Positions 55,424-64,000 of a DNA stretch of 64,000 bases are shown piece after piece. Position 1 is the stretch's first letter. Each line of letters starts with the position of its first letter. The translations under genes and the position numbers were made by a program. The DNA lies in IMG/VR virus record IMGVR_UViG_3300030330_006692, positions 1 through 64,000 of that record; one strand, given 5' to 3'. A model generated the notes under the pieces. The model made no database searches, was not told the origin of the DNA, and saw only the letters and a list, made by a program, of their open reading frames with translations. This stretch comes from a virus. Its lineage: Duplodnaviria; Caudoviricetes.

Positions 55424-58400
55424 ATGGCTGATTCTAAGTTTTTAAAATTTCAAGATGTCGATAGAGACGGTCTTATAGACGTCTGTGATGACATCATCAC
55501 CACACCAGAAGTACCATGTAAGGGTCCTTGCACGCCTAATCCAGCTGCATTGAATCCTCAATGGAGAAATAGGGATATTGATGAGCCATTTTTAAACGAA
55601 AAGAAATGTTTTTATCAAGTAACCAAAGTAACTTCTCATAAAGTTATAAAGCCTAACGTAGATGACAACTTTGATGAGTTTAAAGAAGAAGCAATTGAAA
55701 GTTTATTAAATTTTTATGATAAAGATGATAGCGTTTCATCAAAAGAAAAGGTTAGAAATGCAATTATATATGACAGATATGACTTGGCTCCAAAGAATTT
55801 CTCAAGATTAAAATTATTATACTCTGTCCCATTTGATACGATTTACGATCTTCCGCCACGTGCTCCAGAACCAGAGCCCTTCGAAGATGATGAGCCCGGC
55901 ACAGTAAAGGTTACTTATAATGCCGCTCAACTAACAACGCAGATTATTCGTGTAAGAAAAGGGTTGAACATGTACGGGAGGCTTTTAAAAGTATATCGTT
56001 CTATAGGCGAAGGCAATGCTTACTATAAGGCTAACAGAACAATCTTTAATTTAGAAGATTATGGAGACGACGGCATCTTTGGCAGCGGAGTAATGCGAAG
56101 CATGATGAACGACTTCGAAGCTTTCCTAGACGCGAAAAACTACAGATTGCCCGGGCAACTATTTGGGTTATTTAGTACTGATGATCTTGTAACAAAAGTT
56201 AAATTTGTTTTTAAAAATTATGAATTGCACTCTATGCGCTTGTGGACTGTTGCCTGTGGTAGTACTCCTATATATTTTTCCAAAAAGAGGCTTAAGCCAC
56301 TGAATGCTCAAGGTCCTTGGAAAGATAAAACGGCAGTAGCTTATTTTGCGCAAATACCTCAAATGGCACGTGCTTTGAATGCCCGCGTTCAAATACCGTG
56401 GCAAGATTTTGTTGAAAAATATACATATCCAAAAGTATTTTTTGACATCAAAGAAGAGAACACAGAGCAATCGATCGCGTCCTGCGTAGGTGATGCACTG
56501 GCTGAAGAGTTTAAAGAACTTGGACAGGATATTCTTGACGAAGTGTTTAGCATCGGCGATGCCGTAGCATATCTATGGAGAAAGTCAATATGCAGGGATA
56601 GCATAAATGAGTCTTTGTCCGATGATTATTTAGCTGGACTATATCCAGGCGAAGGCGCTATGGATATGACAAAAGCATATGCGATGGCTCAAGAGCAGGC
56701 TTTTGGAAAATTATCAAAAGATGACAATGTGTTTGTGATGCTGTGTTTGTCTGTTGCGGCATCTTCGTCTAATCTAGGATCTGTTTCATCATTAATGGGA
56801 ACAATGTATAAGTTTGGTTTTCAAAGAATTAAAATTTGTGGGTTGTTTGATCTTCTCCAATCAGTGATTCAGTGCTTAACTGGCGGACTAACACTAGACG
56901 AAGCTCTCTCTAAAATGCTTATGTCTGCTCTTCAGAGCATGGGTATTGAACAGTTTGGCGACTTGTTTGGAGGACTACCTGAAGATAAACAAAAAGAACT
57001 AGGCGCCATGGTGGAGAAACAATTAAGGGAAGGCAGCTTTTTTACGAGTCAGGGTGTCATACCTAAGCCATGGGAAATGCAATCTGTTATCGATAAAGAA
57101 AGAGAAAATATGGCAGAAGATAACTTTGAGGGTATGACACCGACACCAAACTCTCAAGTTTCAGCTGGTAAGTATGAAAGAACGTTAGTCGAGCAAAATG
57201 ATCGAGCGCGTTCGGGAATGGATGACGTGCCTGTTGATAATATAATGCAAGCATACATAAAAGCTCTTTTGGAAGTTTATAGTGATAACTTGTTTGAGCT
57301 TCTAGACGAATTAAATAAATTTCCTGGTGCTCAAATAATTGCTAGTATTATTAGCACATTAGATTGCCCACATCCTCCTTTACTTAATCCTTCATTTCCG
57401 GATTTCATAAAATCAATTATATTTCCTTTTTGTAATGGAATGTCCGAATTTACATTACCAAGATTAGAAAACCCCCTGCAGTACTTCCCGGATTTTGCAG
57501 ATATTACACAAGCAATATGGATGATAGCGAAATTTATAATAACGCAAATTATCTGGAGAGTATTAATGATACTTATGGTTAAAATCTGTGAACTTATCGG
57601 TAGCGCTATATGTAAGGCATTAGAACTTGGTGGTGCTATTGCAGTAGCACTTCCCGGGGCAATGGCAGGTACTGCTGATTTAGCACAAGTTATTAAAGAT
57701 ACTATCTGCGGTCCAGACGCAGATGACAAACAAGTAGAAGATACAATATTAGATCTAATGAGTCAGCTTGGACTTGGTTCGGCTGCATTTGCTAATCGTG
57801 ACAGGACAATGCAATTTGGATTAGATTTATCTTCTTCTTTAACTACTTCTGAGCTTACAAATGCTTTACTTGGAAATCCGTCAGCAGAGTTTTTGGAAAT
57901 TGTAGATCATTTAATCGAATACGAATATCCAGAATTTAGAGATGGTATACCAAACAGAAATTCTGCAGCAAGATTTTTCAACAATATTGGAAACTTGATA
58001 CCGATTGATGCTCGTTCTCAACTGGAAGATGCAGCTGCGCGAAATATATGGGGGAACCCAGGCTCCGGTATGCCAAGTGTTGATGAAGAAATGTTGCCGG
58101 CAAACCCATCCATGTGCTCCACACCAGAGCAAATTCAGCAGTTTAAAGATTTAAGATGTCAATTACTGGAGGGGAGAGCGTCACCAGAACAGTGCCACGA
58201 AATGTTCTGCAATATAAGAGAAAACACTCTAGAAGATCTTGGAGATCTTTCTGACATACTTCAAGGTGGTTTGGGTAACCACATTGCCAAAAATATGCCA
58301 CCATTGGTGAGTGAGCCCGGCTGTGATGACGGAATATTTCCCTTCGAATCACCAGAAATGACTGCTCTTGGATCTTTTGCTTTAGCTGGTAATTTAGAAA

Positions 58401-61400
58401 TGCTTAAAATAGATTATGGTAAAGATATGATGGGTAATGGTAATTTCTGGAATAGTGATTCGCAATGGGGATTTATGAACCTCATGCTGGCGGACACGCA
58501 GGGTTTTGCCCTTACCAGTCACCATGCAAAATCATCCAATAGTAAGGCTTACGTAAATTATGCAACTAACCTTCCCAATGGTGGTGAAGCTACAAGCGGC
58601 TTCTTTTCGTTTTTTCAATTTAGCCAAGGGTTCAGTGGACAATATGGACAATATCCCTATTATGTAGGGGAATGGATGAAAAGGCAATTCTTAAATGCTG
58701 GAATGCCCGACGACGATAGAACATCTTTCACCATCAAGCCTGGATTTTACACACTAACTTCAATGGGCAATGACTTAAGAAAATCGTTGGATGATGGCGA
58801 CTACGGATTCAAAAGCAGTAACAAGTCCACAGGACGAAACCACAGATATGTTGACTTTGAAAAACTTCAGTATAACAACTTTTTTGGTTCACTAACTCAA
58901 GGTGTTAATTTATTTATGGTTCCTGATTTTGGGTATAATACCTCTCTTTATGCAGATCAAAGTAGGGAGCAAGTTAGGGTTACTAGAGAAATTAGAAAGG
59001 GCTCTGGCATCTCTGTTAACGGCGGGGATGGCGCCCATTCTGGCAAATCACTCTATTCCCCGGATGATTTAGGGTGCGATATTGTTCTCGATTTTAGAGA
59101 TAACGCCGCCGGTATGCGTTATGGACCAAAAGCCTTTGATGGCGCCGGCTCCCAATACTATATTTCTACCAATAATGGCGGAGAGCCAGGTTCAGGAATG
59201 GGTTACGAAGGAGGATATGCTGGTACCCAGTGGTCTTGGGGATATGAAGTTCAGTGCTATTTTAATGATATTCACGAAGATGAAAATGGAAACGCAAGAA
59301 ATAGATTTGATGATAACATGAGAATAGAATTGGTAGAAAAAGTAAATTATGGTTCAGATCATTTAGGTCCATTAGGTAAAGCAATGGAAGATGAAATGAC
59401 AGCAATGCAGCCATTTGACTTACCAAATTGGATTGAAGCTATTCCAATTGTTGGTTGGGCTTTTGAGAGTTTGATTAACCTAATACTAATGCCTTTTACT
59501 AAATTAGTGATAAGAAATATTAAGAGATTAGCATTGAGATGGAGTGAAGAGGTATATCGTATTAGAGAGTTCGAATTTTTAGGCATCGACGATTCATTAG
59601 ACGTTTTTCATGTTGAACCAGATCCAGAAAAAATGAAAACGTATAGCTCACCATGGCCAACGTTGTCGGACTATCCTCATTTCTCTACTGTCAAGACATC
59701 ACTTCCAGAGCACTCTCCGCCAGTTTTGCTTTTAGCAGATATGATAGGAACAACTCCAGACGCCGCAAAAGTAAAATATGATCAAACTATGACTAATATG
59801 TTTAAGAAGTTTGCATTAGAAATCGGAGATGCACAAAATGAAAGTGGCGGTTGGCTTTATGGTGCAGATTATGATTACCTAACCCAAGATGATATCAGAT
59901 ATGGCGTAATCCTAGACAACGGAGAATGGGTTCCGTACTATGCTTCGGGATACGAAGAAGAGGATATGGTGCTGGGTGTTAGTTGGGATCAGTACAACAA
60001 TCCAGAAGATCCGAGAGTGATTTATTTGAATCCTGCGATATATGGTGGAAGCTATAGCAAGCCAAATCTGCATATTAAACCGCTAAAATATAAAGGTTGG
60101 ATGGGCTTTGTTCAGGTTTTCTTTCCCGAAAGCACCGCTTGTAAGCCACATTCTGTAGATTTGGTTGACTTTGGAGAAATTGAGAGATTTATACAAAATC
60201 ATTTCCCAAATATTGCGGATGATCCTCGTCTTACGCAAGATCCAGAGTGCATAAGGGAAGTTCCATTTAAGCGCATTTTAACAAGGGGTGGAAAAACTGG
60301 CTTATACTCTCTCATAATAGCTGCTATTAGAGTTTATGCCTCAACTCATCTTTTCAAAGCGATGGGTACATTTTCAAAAATTATGCCAAAATTTCCTGAC
60401 AATTTCAGTTCGATTTATGCTGCATATATTGTTGAAAGAATGGAAGAAGATTTTAGAAACGCACCAGACGGTTTTTGGGGCTGGGCACAATCATTTAAGG
60501 ACGATGAATTTTGGTATGGGTTTTTAGAACAGTCGGTTGAATGCTATGATTTTCTTGTTGATGCTGGAGAAATTCAACTCCCCACAGCCGGCGGACATTT
60601 GCAAAGAGCTTTTGATGCGATTAACGATTTGCAAACTGAATATGAATTTCCACTTCGTCCCACATACACTAGAGAGTATACGAATAAAGATGGCGAACAA
60701 GATAAGCAAAGAGTTTTAGGTCTTTGGGATGCTAAATTAGCTGGAGAAGCCGGCTTTTTCCAATCATTAAAAGGATACCGCTCAGATGAAAACTTTGAAG
60801 CAATCCAATCAGTAGAGGAACACGCAAAAGCAATTTTGATGCAACTGGTGAATTTTGAACTTACTAAAATGGGAGATAGACTAGTTGACAATATGAGGCA
60901 GTACGGCTTTAATCCAAAAATATTTGACTTAGATTATTATATTTTCCAGGAACTAAATTCAGCCAATCCTGATTCGCGTCGAGGAGAAATTGACGGTTCC
61001 TTATATTTCGCAGGTCCTAAAAAAGTAGATATGATTGTTGCATTGCCTACTCTTGAAAATCCTGATCCTCGCGGCGAGGGAGTTTCCTGGCCGGGCCCGT
61101 ATTATACACCCGGCGGTGAATTTAGAGTAGCAATTAACAAAGATCCAAATAATGAATTTTCTTATTCTGATGAATATGTTGGATATTACCATGCACACAT
61201 TGATGAAGAAGGAGACGTTATATATATGGCAGGAGAGATGCACATCGGTGCTGATCATGATGTTCTAACTCCTGTTGATAATCTAATCGCAGTTGGAACT
61301 GAGAAGTATATTGATGAAAGAGTCAATATTGATAGTGAATATGAATCGTCTTCGGGAGCTTCCAGAACATCCGGTGACGCCGCCGAAGCTGCTCGCGAGC

Positions 61401-62569
61401 GACAAAGTTCGCCATATCCCAAGCTGTCCACTCAAAAAGTCTATATAGGTACTCCTGCTGAATTTGGAACAGCGCCCCAAGGCTCCCCAGAGAAGCCATA
61501 TGCAATAGAGCAATATGTTTCAATAAATGGCGAAAAAATGTCTCCCGGCGCAGCAAAACAAATAATTCAATCTAATAACGGTAGTTTAAGAATATCTGAT
61601 GTTTATCCCGGTAGCTTAGAGTTAGTATACAACGATCTTGGTGCAGAGGTGGGCATTAAAGGAAACATTGGAGTACGCTATGGCTTAGCATTTTACTATG
61701 TTGATGGAATGAAAAAACTAATAACATCTGTTGAGGTTGATTCGTTGGATGTTAAAATTAATCAGTGGAATGTAATGCAGCCAAGCAGTAAGCTTTTGAT
61801 GTGTTTATTGGACAAGCTTAAAGAAGATGAGAGATATAAGCTTATGACAAGTTATATTTTCCCATTAAAGAAAGTAACTGCTACGTGGGCAATTTACAAT
61901 GATTTTGGAATTATGTCCTCATTAGGTGAAGTTACTCCTGGTGGCGGCGATGATACCATGTGGCTCCCTACAGGCGTTGCCGGCGCAATTCTGGCTGTAG
62001 TAGGTATCGATGCTGCTGATATATCAAATCCGAATGATTGGTTAAGCAACACCCCCTTCTCACAGGTAAAAGTGAAGCCTGGATCTCGTGCATATATCCA
62101 TCGCGATGTGGTTGAAAAAAGTGTTTCAATGTCACAAGAGCAGAAAAGAATGATCATGCCATTCATGGTGCCATGGCATGACGACGATATAGAATATGAA
62201 ATAGTTAGCTATGATCCAAATAAGAGTGGTGTGACAGGCAATGAAGGCTGGGCTAACTACAATGATCGAGGCGATGCACCATTAGCTGGGTGGTGGCGCA
62301 CGACATGGGATGAGTGGGATCGAGTACTCCTCAGAAACAGCGTGTATAGAATTAAAAAATTATTTAAAACGTATTATTATTCTCGAGACTTTAAGCCTGG
62401 AGATCATCTCTTGGGTGAAAATGAAAGGCCTTCCTTCCTTTTCTTGAAGAACCTTAAGGCAGCGATGTTCCCTGTTCCTGGAAAGGGAATGCTACCATGG
62501 TGGCAGAGAGGCAGATTGCGTCCAAGCCCCTATAATTCAAAGGGAGAAATGTGTAATCGTAGAGACTAA
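55424..62569 (+). CDS. Giant (2381 aa) putative virion/baseplate protein
   Basis: Uninterrupted ORF between hub-like gene and gp25. Confidence 0.7.
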   Translation: MADSKFLKFQDVDRDGLIDVCDDIITTPEVPCKGPCTPNPAALNPQWRNRDIDEPFLNEKKCFYQVTKVTSHKVIKPNVDDNFDEFKEEAIESLLNFYDKDDSVSSKEKVRNAIIYDRYDLAPKNFSRLKLLYSVPFDTIYDLPPRAPEPEPFEDDEPGTVKVTYNAAQLTTQIIRVRKGLNMYGRLLKVYRSIGEGNAYYKANRTIFNLEDYGDDGIFGSGVMRSMMNDFEAFLDAKNYRLPGQLFGLFSTDDLVTKVKFVFKNYELHSMRLWTVACGSTPIYFSKKRLKPLNAQGPWKDKTAVAYFAQIPQMARALNARVQIPWQDFVEKYTYPKVFFDIKEENTEQSIASCVGDALAEEFKELGQDILDEVFSIGDAVAYLWRKSICRDSINESLSDDYLAGLYPGEGAMDMTKAYAMAQEQAFGKLSKDDNVFVMLCLSVAASSSNLGSVSSLMGTMYKFGFQRIKICGLFDLLQSVIQCLTGGLTLDEALSKMLMSALQSMGIEQFGDLFGGLPEDKQKELGAMVEKQLREGSFFTSQGVIPKPWEMQSVIDKERENMAEDNFEGMTPTPNSQVSAGKYERTLVEQNDRARSGMDDVPVDNIMQAYIKALLEVYSDNLFELLDELNKFPGAQIIASIISTLDCPHPPLLNPSFPDFIKSIIFPFCNGMSEFTLPRLENPLQYFPDFADITQAIWMIAKFIITQIIWRVLMILMVKICELIGSAICKALELGGAIAVALPGAMAGTADLAQVIKDTICGPDADDKQVEDTILDLMSQLGLGSAAFANRDRTMQFGLDLSSSLTTSELTNALLGNPSAEFLEIVDHLIEYEYPEFRDGIPNRNSAARFFNNIGNLIPIDARSQLEDAAARNIWGNPGSGMPSVDEEMLPANPSMCSTPEQIQQFKDLRCQLLEGRASPEQCHEMFCNIRENTLEDLGDLSDILQGGLGNHIAKNMPPLVSEPGCDDGIFPFESPEMTALGSFALAGNLEMLKIDYGKDMMGNGNFWNSDSQWGFMNLMLADTQGFALTSHHAKSSNSKAYVNYATNLPNGGEATSGFFSFFQFSQGFSGQYGQYPYYVGEWMKRQFLNAGMPDDDRTSFTIKPGFYTLTSMGNDLRKSLDDGDYGFKSSNKSTGRNHRYVDFEKLQYNNFFGSLTQGVNLFMVPDFGYNTSLYADQSREQVRVTREIRKGSGISVNGGDGAHSGKSLYSPDDLGCDIVLDFRDNAAGMRYGPKAFDGAGSQYYISTNNGGEPGSGMGYEGGYAGTQWSWGYEVQCYFNDIHEDENGNARNRFDDNMRIELVEKVNYGSDHLGPLGKAMEDEMTAMQPFDLPNWIEAIPIVGWAFESLINLILMPFTKLVIRNIKRLALRWSEEVYRIREFEFLGIDDSLDVFHVEPDPEKMKTYSSPWPTLSDYPHFSTVKTSLPEHSPPVLLLADMIGTTPDAAKVKYDQTMTNMFKKFALEIGDAQNESGGWLYGADYDYLTQDDIRYGVILDNGEWVPYYASGYEEEDMVLGVSWDQYNNPEDPRVIYLNPAIYGGSYSKPNLHIKPLKYKGWMGFVQVFFPESTACKPHSVDLVDFGEIERFIQNHFPNIADDPRLTQDPECIREVPFKRILTRGGKTGLYSLIIAAIRVYASTHLFKAMGTFSKIMPKFPDNFSSIYAAYIVERMEEDFRNAPDGFWGWAQSFKDDEFWYGFLEQSVECYDFLVDAGEIQLPTAGGHLQRAFDAINDLQTEYEFPLRPTYTREYTNKDGEQDKQRVLGLWDAKLAGEAGFFQSLKGYRSDENFEAIQSVEEHAKAILMQLVNFELTKMGDRLVDNMRQYGFNPKIFDLDYYIFQELNSANPDSRRGEIDGSLYFAGPKKVDMIVALPTLENPDPRGEGVSWPGPYYTPGGEFRVAINKDPNNEFSYSDEYVGYYHAHIDEEGDVIYMAGEMHIGADHDVLTPVDNLIAVGTEKYIDERVNIDSEYESSSGASRTSGDAAEAARERQSSPYPKLSTQKVYIGTPAEFGTAPQGSPEKPYAIEQYVSINGEKMSPGAAKQIIQSNNGSLRISDVYPGSLELVYNDLGAEVGIKGNIGVRYGLAFYYVDGMKKLITSVEVDSLDVKINQWNVMQPSSKLLMCLLDKLKEDERYKLMTSYIFPLKKVTATWAIYNDFGIMSSLGEVTPGGGDDTMWLPTGVAGAILAVVGIDAADISNPNDWLSNTPFSQVKVKPGSRAYIHRDVVEKSVSMSQEQKRMIMPFMVPWHDDDIEYEIVSYDPNKSGVTGNEGWANYNDRGDAPLAGWWRTTWDEWDRVLLRNSVYRIKKLFKTYYYSRDFKPGDHLLGENERPSFLFLKNLKAAMFPVPGKGMLPWWQRGRLRPSPYNSKGEMCNRRD

Positions 62570-62620
62570 GATTCTTGGAGCGTAAAAAAACAATGATTCT
62601 ACTTATTAATAGGAGAAAAC

Positions 62621-62989
62621 ATGTCCTCTTTATCAGTTAAGCTACCAATAACAAGAGATTCTGCTGATGGGTTTACAATGATTAAGGATTTTAAAACGCT
62701 TATACGTCAAAATCTTAAAATGCTTGTTTTAACCGCCCCCGGTGAAAGAATAATGGAACCAACATTTGGTGTGGGTGCCCGGCAATATCTGTTTGAAAAT
62801 TTTAATGATACAATATATGAAGAAATCTCCGCCAACATTCGTTCCCAAGCTAGAAGGTTTATTCCAGCCATTGGCATCCGGCAAATTAACTTTAATAATA
62901 ATGAAGTAAATCCTAATCTTTTAGGAATTAGTATAGTCTACACTATACCCGATATCGGTGTGACAGATTTGTTGGAATTTACTATTTAA
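62621..62989 (+). CDS. Baseplate wedge gp25-like protein
   Basis: QNLKMLVLTAPGERIMEPTFGVG..YLFE. Confidence 0.9.
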   Translation: MSSLSVKLPITRDSADGFTMIKDFKTLIRQNLKMLVLTAPGERIMEPTFGVGARQYLFENFNDTIYEEISANIRSQARRFIPAIGIRQINFNNNEVNPNLLGISIVYTIPDIGVTDLLEFTI

Positions 62990-63001
62990 AAAGAGAATTT
63001 T

Positions 63002-64000
63002 ATGGCAAATGAACAGAAAAAAATATTACCGATTGATTATACTAGTAGAGATTTTGAATCAATCCGGAGCGATTTATTAGAAATTGCTGAAAGACTTTAC
63101 CCTGACTCTTTTCAAGACTTCAGTGAAGCGTCTTTTGGCTCTCTTGTAATAGATGCTGTTTCTTATATCGGTGATCAACTCTCGTTTTATTTGGACTATA
63201 ACGTAAATGAATCTTTTTTAGACACAGCATATCAATTTAATAATATTTTACGTCATGGAAGAGTCCTCGGTTACAAATATACCGGCCGTCCCAGTACCTA
63301 CGGAAAAGCCGCATTGTTTGTTTTGGTACCAGCGTCTCAAACCGGCTTGGGCCCAGATAATAAATATATACCGGAGCTTAAACGCGGAGCACAATTCACA
63401 AGCACAACAGGGCTTAATTTTTCTTTGTCAGAAAACATAGATTTTGCAGATCCAAAAAATCCCGTTGTGGTAGCTAAAGTCGATAACGTAACTGGTGCGC
63501 CAACACATTACGCCATAAAAGCGTATGGCACGGTAGTTTCAGGCATTTTAACCACAGAAAGAGTCGCTGTGGGTTCATATGAGAAATTTAAAAAGGTAAC
63601 ATTAAGAACCCCTAATGTAGCAGATATAATTTCTGTACATGATACAGATGGAAACGAATATTTTGAAGTAGATTATTTGGCTCAAGATATGGTTTTTAAA
63701 GAGGTTTCTAATAAAAACTTTAAAAATGATAATGTGCCCTCTATCTTAAAGCCATTTTTGGTGGCTAGAAAATTTGTTGCGTTAAGAAACGGGAGTACAA
63801 CAGTTTTACAATTTGGGAGCGGTAAATTTGGTGAAAGTGATGTAGTTGCAAACCCGCAAACAGTAGCAATGAATAGCTGGGGAAAGACATATACAACATC
63901 ACTCACTTTTGATCCCACCAAATTATCAACTAATCAGAGTTTAGGGATTGTTCCACAAAATACAACGCTAATTGTTACAGTGAGAACCACTAACCCAACA
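63002..64000 (+). CDS. Baseplate wedge gp6-like protein (3'-truncated)
   Basis: IDYTSRDFESIRSDL...DFSEASFG...SYIGDQLSFYLD...ESFLDTA. Confidence 0.88.
   Translation, partial: MANEQKKILPIDYTSRDFESIRSDLLEIAERLYPDSFQDFSEASFGSLVIDAVSYIGDQLSFYLDYNVNESFLDTAYQFNNILRHGRVLGYKYTGRPSTYGKAALFVLVPASQTGLGPDNKYIPELKRGAQFTSTTGLNFSLSENIDFADPKNPVVVAKVDNVTGAPTHYAIKAYGTVVSGILTTERVAVGSYEKFKKVTLRTPNVADIISVHDTDGNEYFEVDYLAQDMVFKEVSNKNFKNDNVPSILKPFLVARKFVALRNGSTTVLQFGSGKFGESDVVANPQTVAMNSWGKTYTTSLTFDPTKLSTNQSLGIVPQNTTLIVTVRTTNPT

Noticed and set aside
1-64000. Stop-codon reassignment
   Set aside because: Conserved genes are full length under the standard code and TAA, TAG and TGA are all used as stops

Overview
A 64-kb segment of a large AT-rich tailed phage (contractile-tail/T4-like baseplate genes gp25 and gp6 at the right end, gp55-like sigma, PhoH, Hsp20, tmRNA, two tRNAs). 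Essentially all real genes are on the + strand. Three zones are visible. (1) 1-~9.5 kb: a visibly GC-richer early/host-takeover region of small genes. It is punctuated by 11 copies of a rigidly spaced regulatory cassette (tandem TGACA boxes +11/+12 apart, 15 bp to a sigma70 -35, extended -10, AGGAG RBS) that usually also supplies the stop codon of the upstream gene. It also holds a repeat-spacer-like array of SH3-like micro-genes. (2) ~9.5-10.4 kb: a non-coding junction with palindromes, C-tracts and repeats, possibly a genome terminus, pac site or origin. (3) 10.4-64 kb: AT-rich middle/late genes marked by a short CTAWTTA-type upstream motif. These include a CglF-like gliding-motility gene and a VWA lipoprotein (suggesting a Myxococcota/Bdellovibrionota-type host), proteins with a shared 'LLENWRKFxxE' leader, a 9-Cys metallothionein-like peptide, an atypical long-variable-arm tRNA(GTT), a ~14-kb nonulosonic-acid/glycosylation cluster and baseplate genes. 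All family assignments come from motif recognition by eye; no searches were run.
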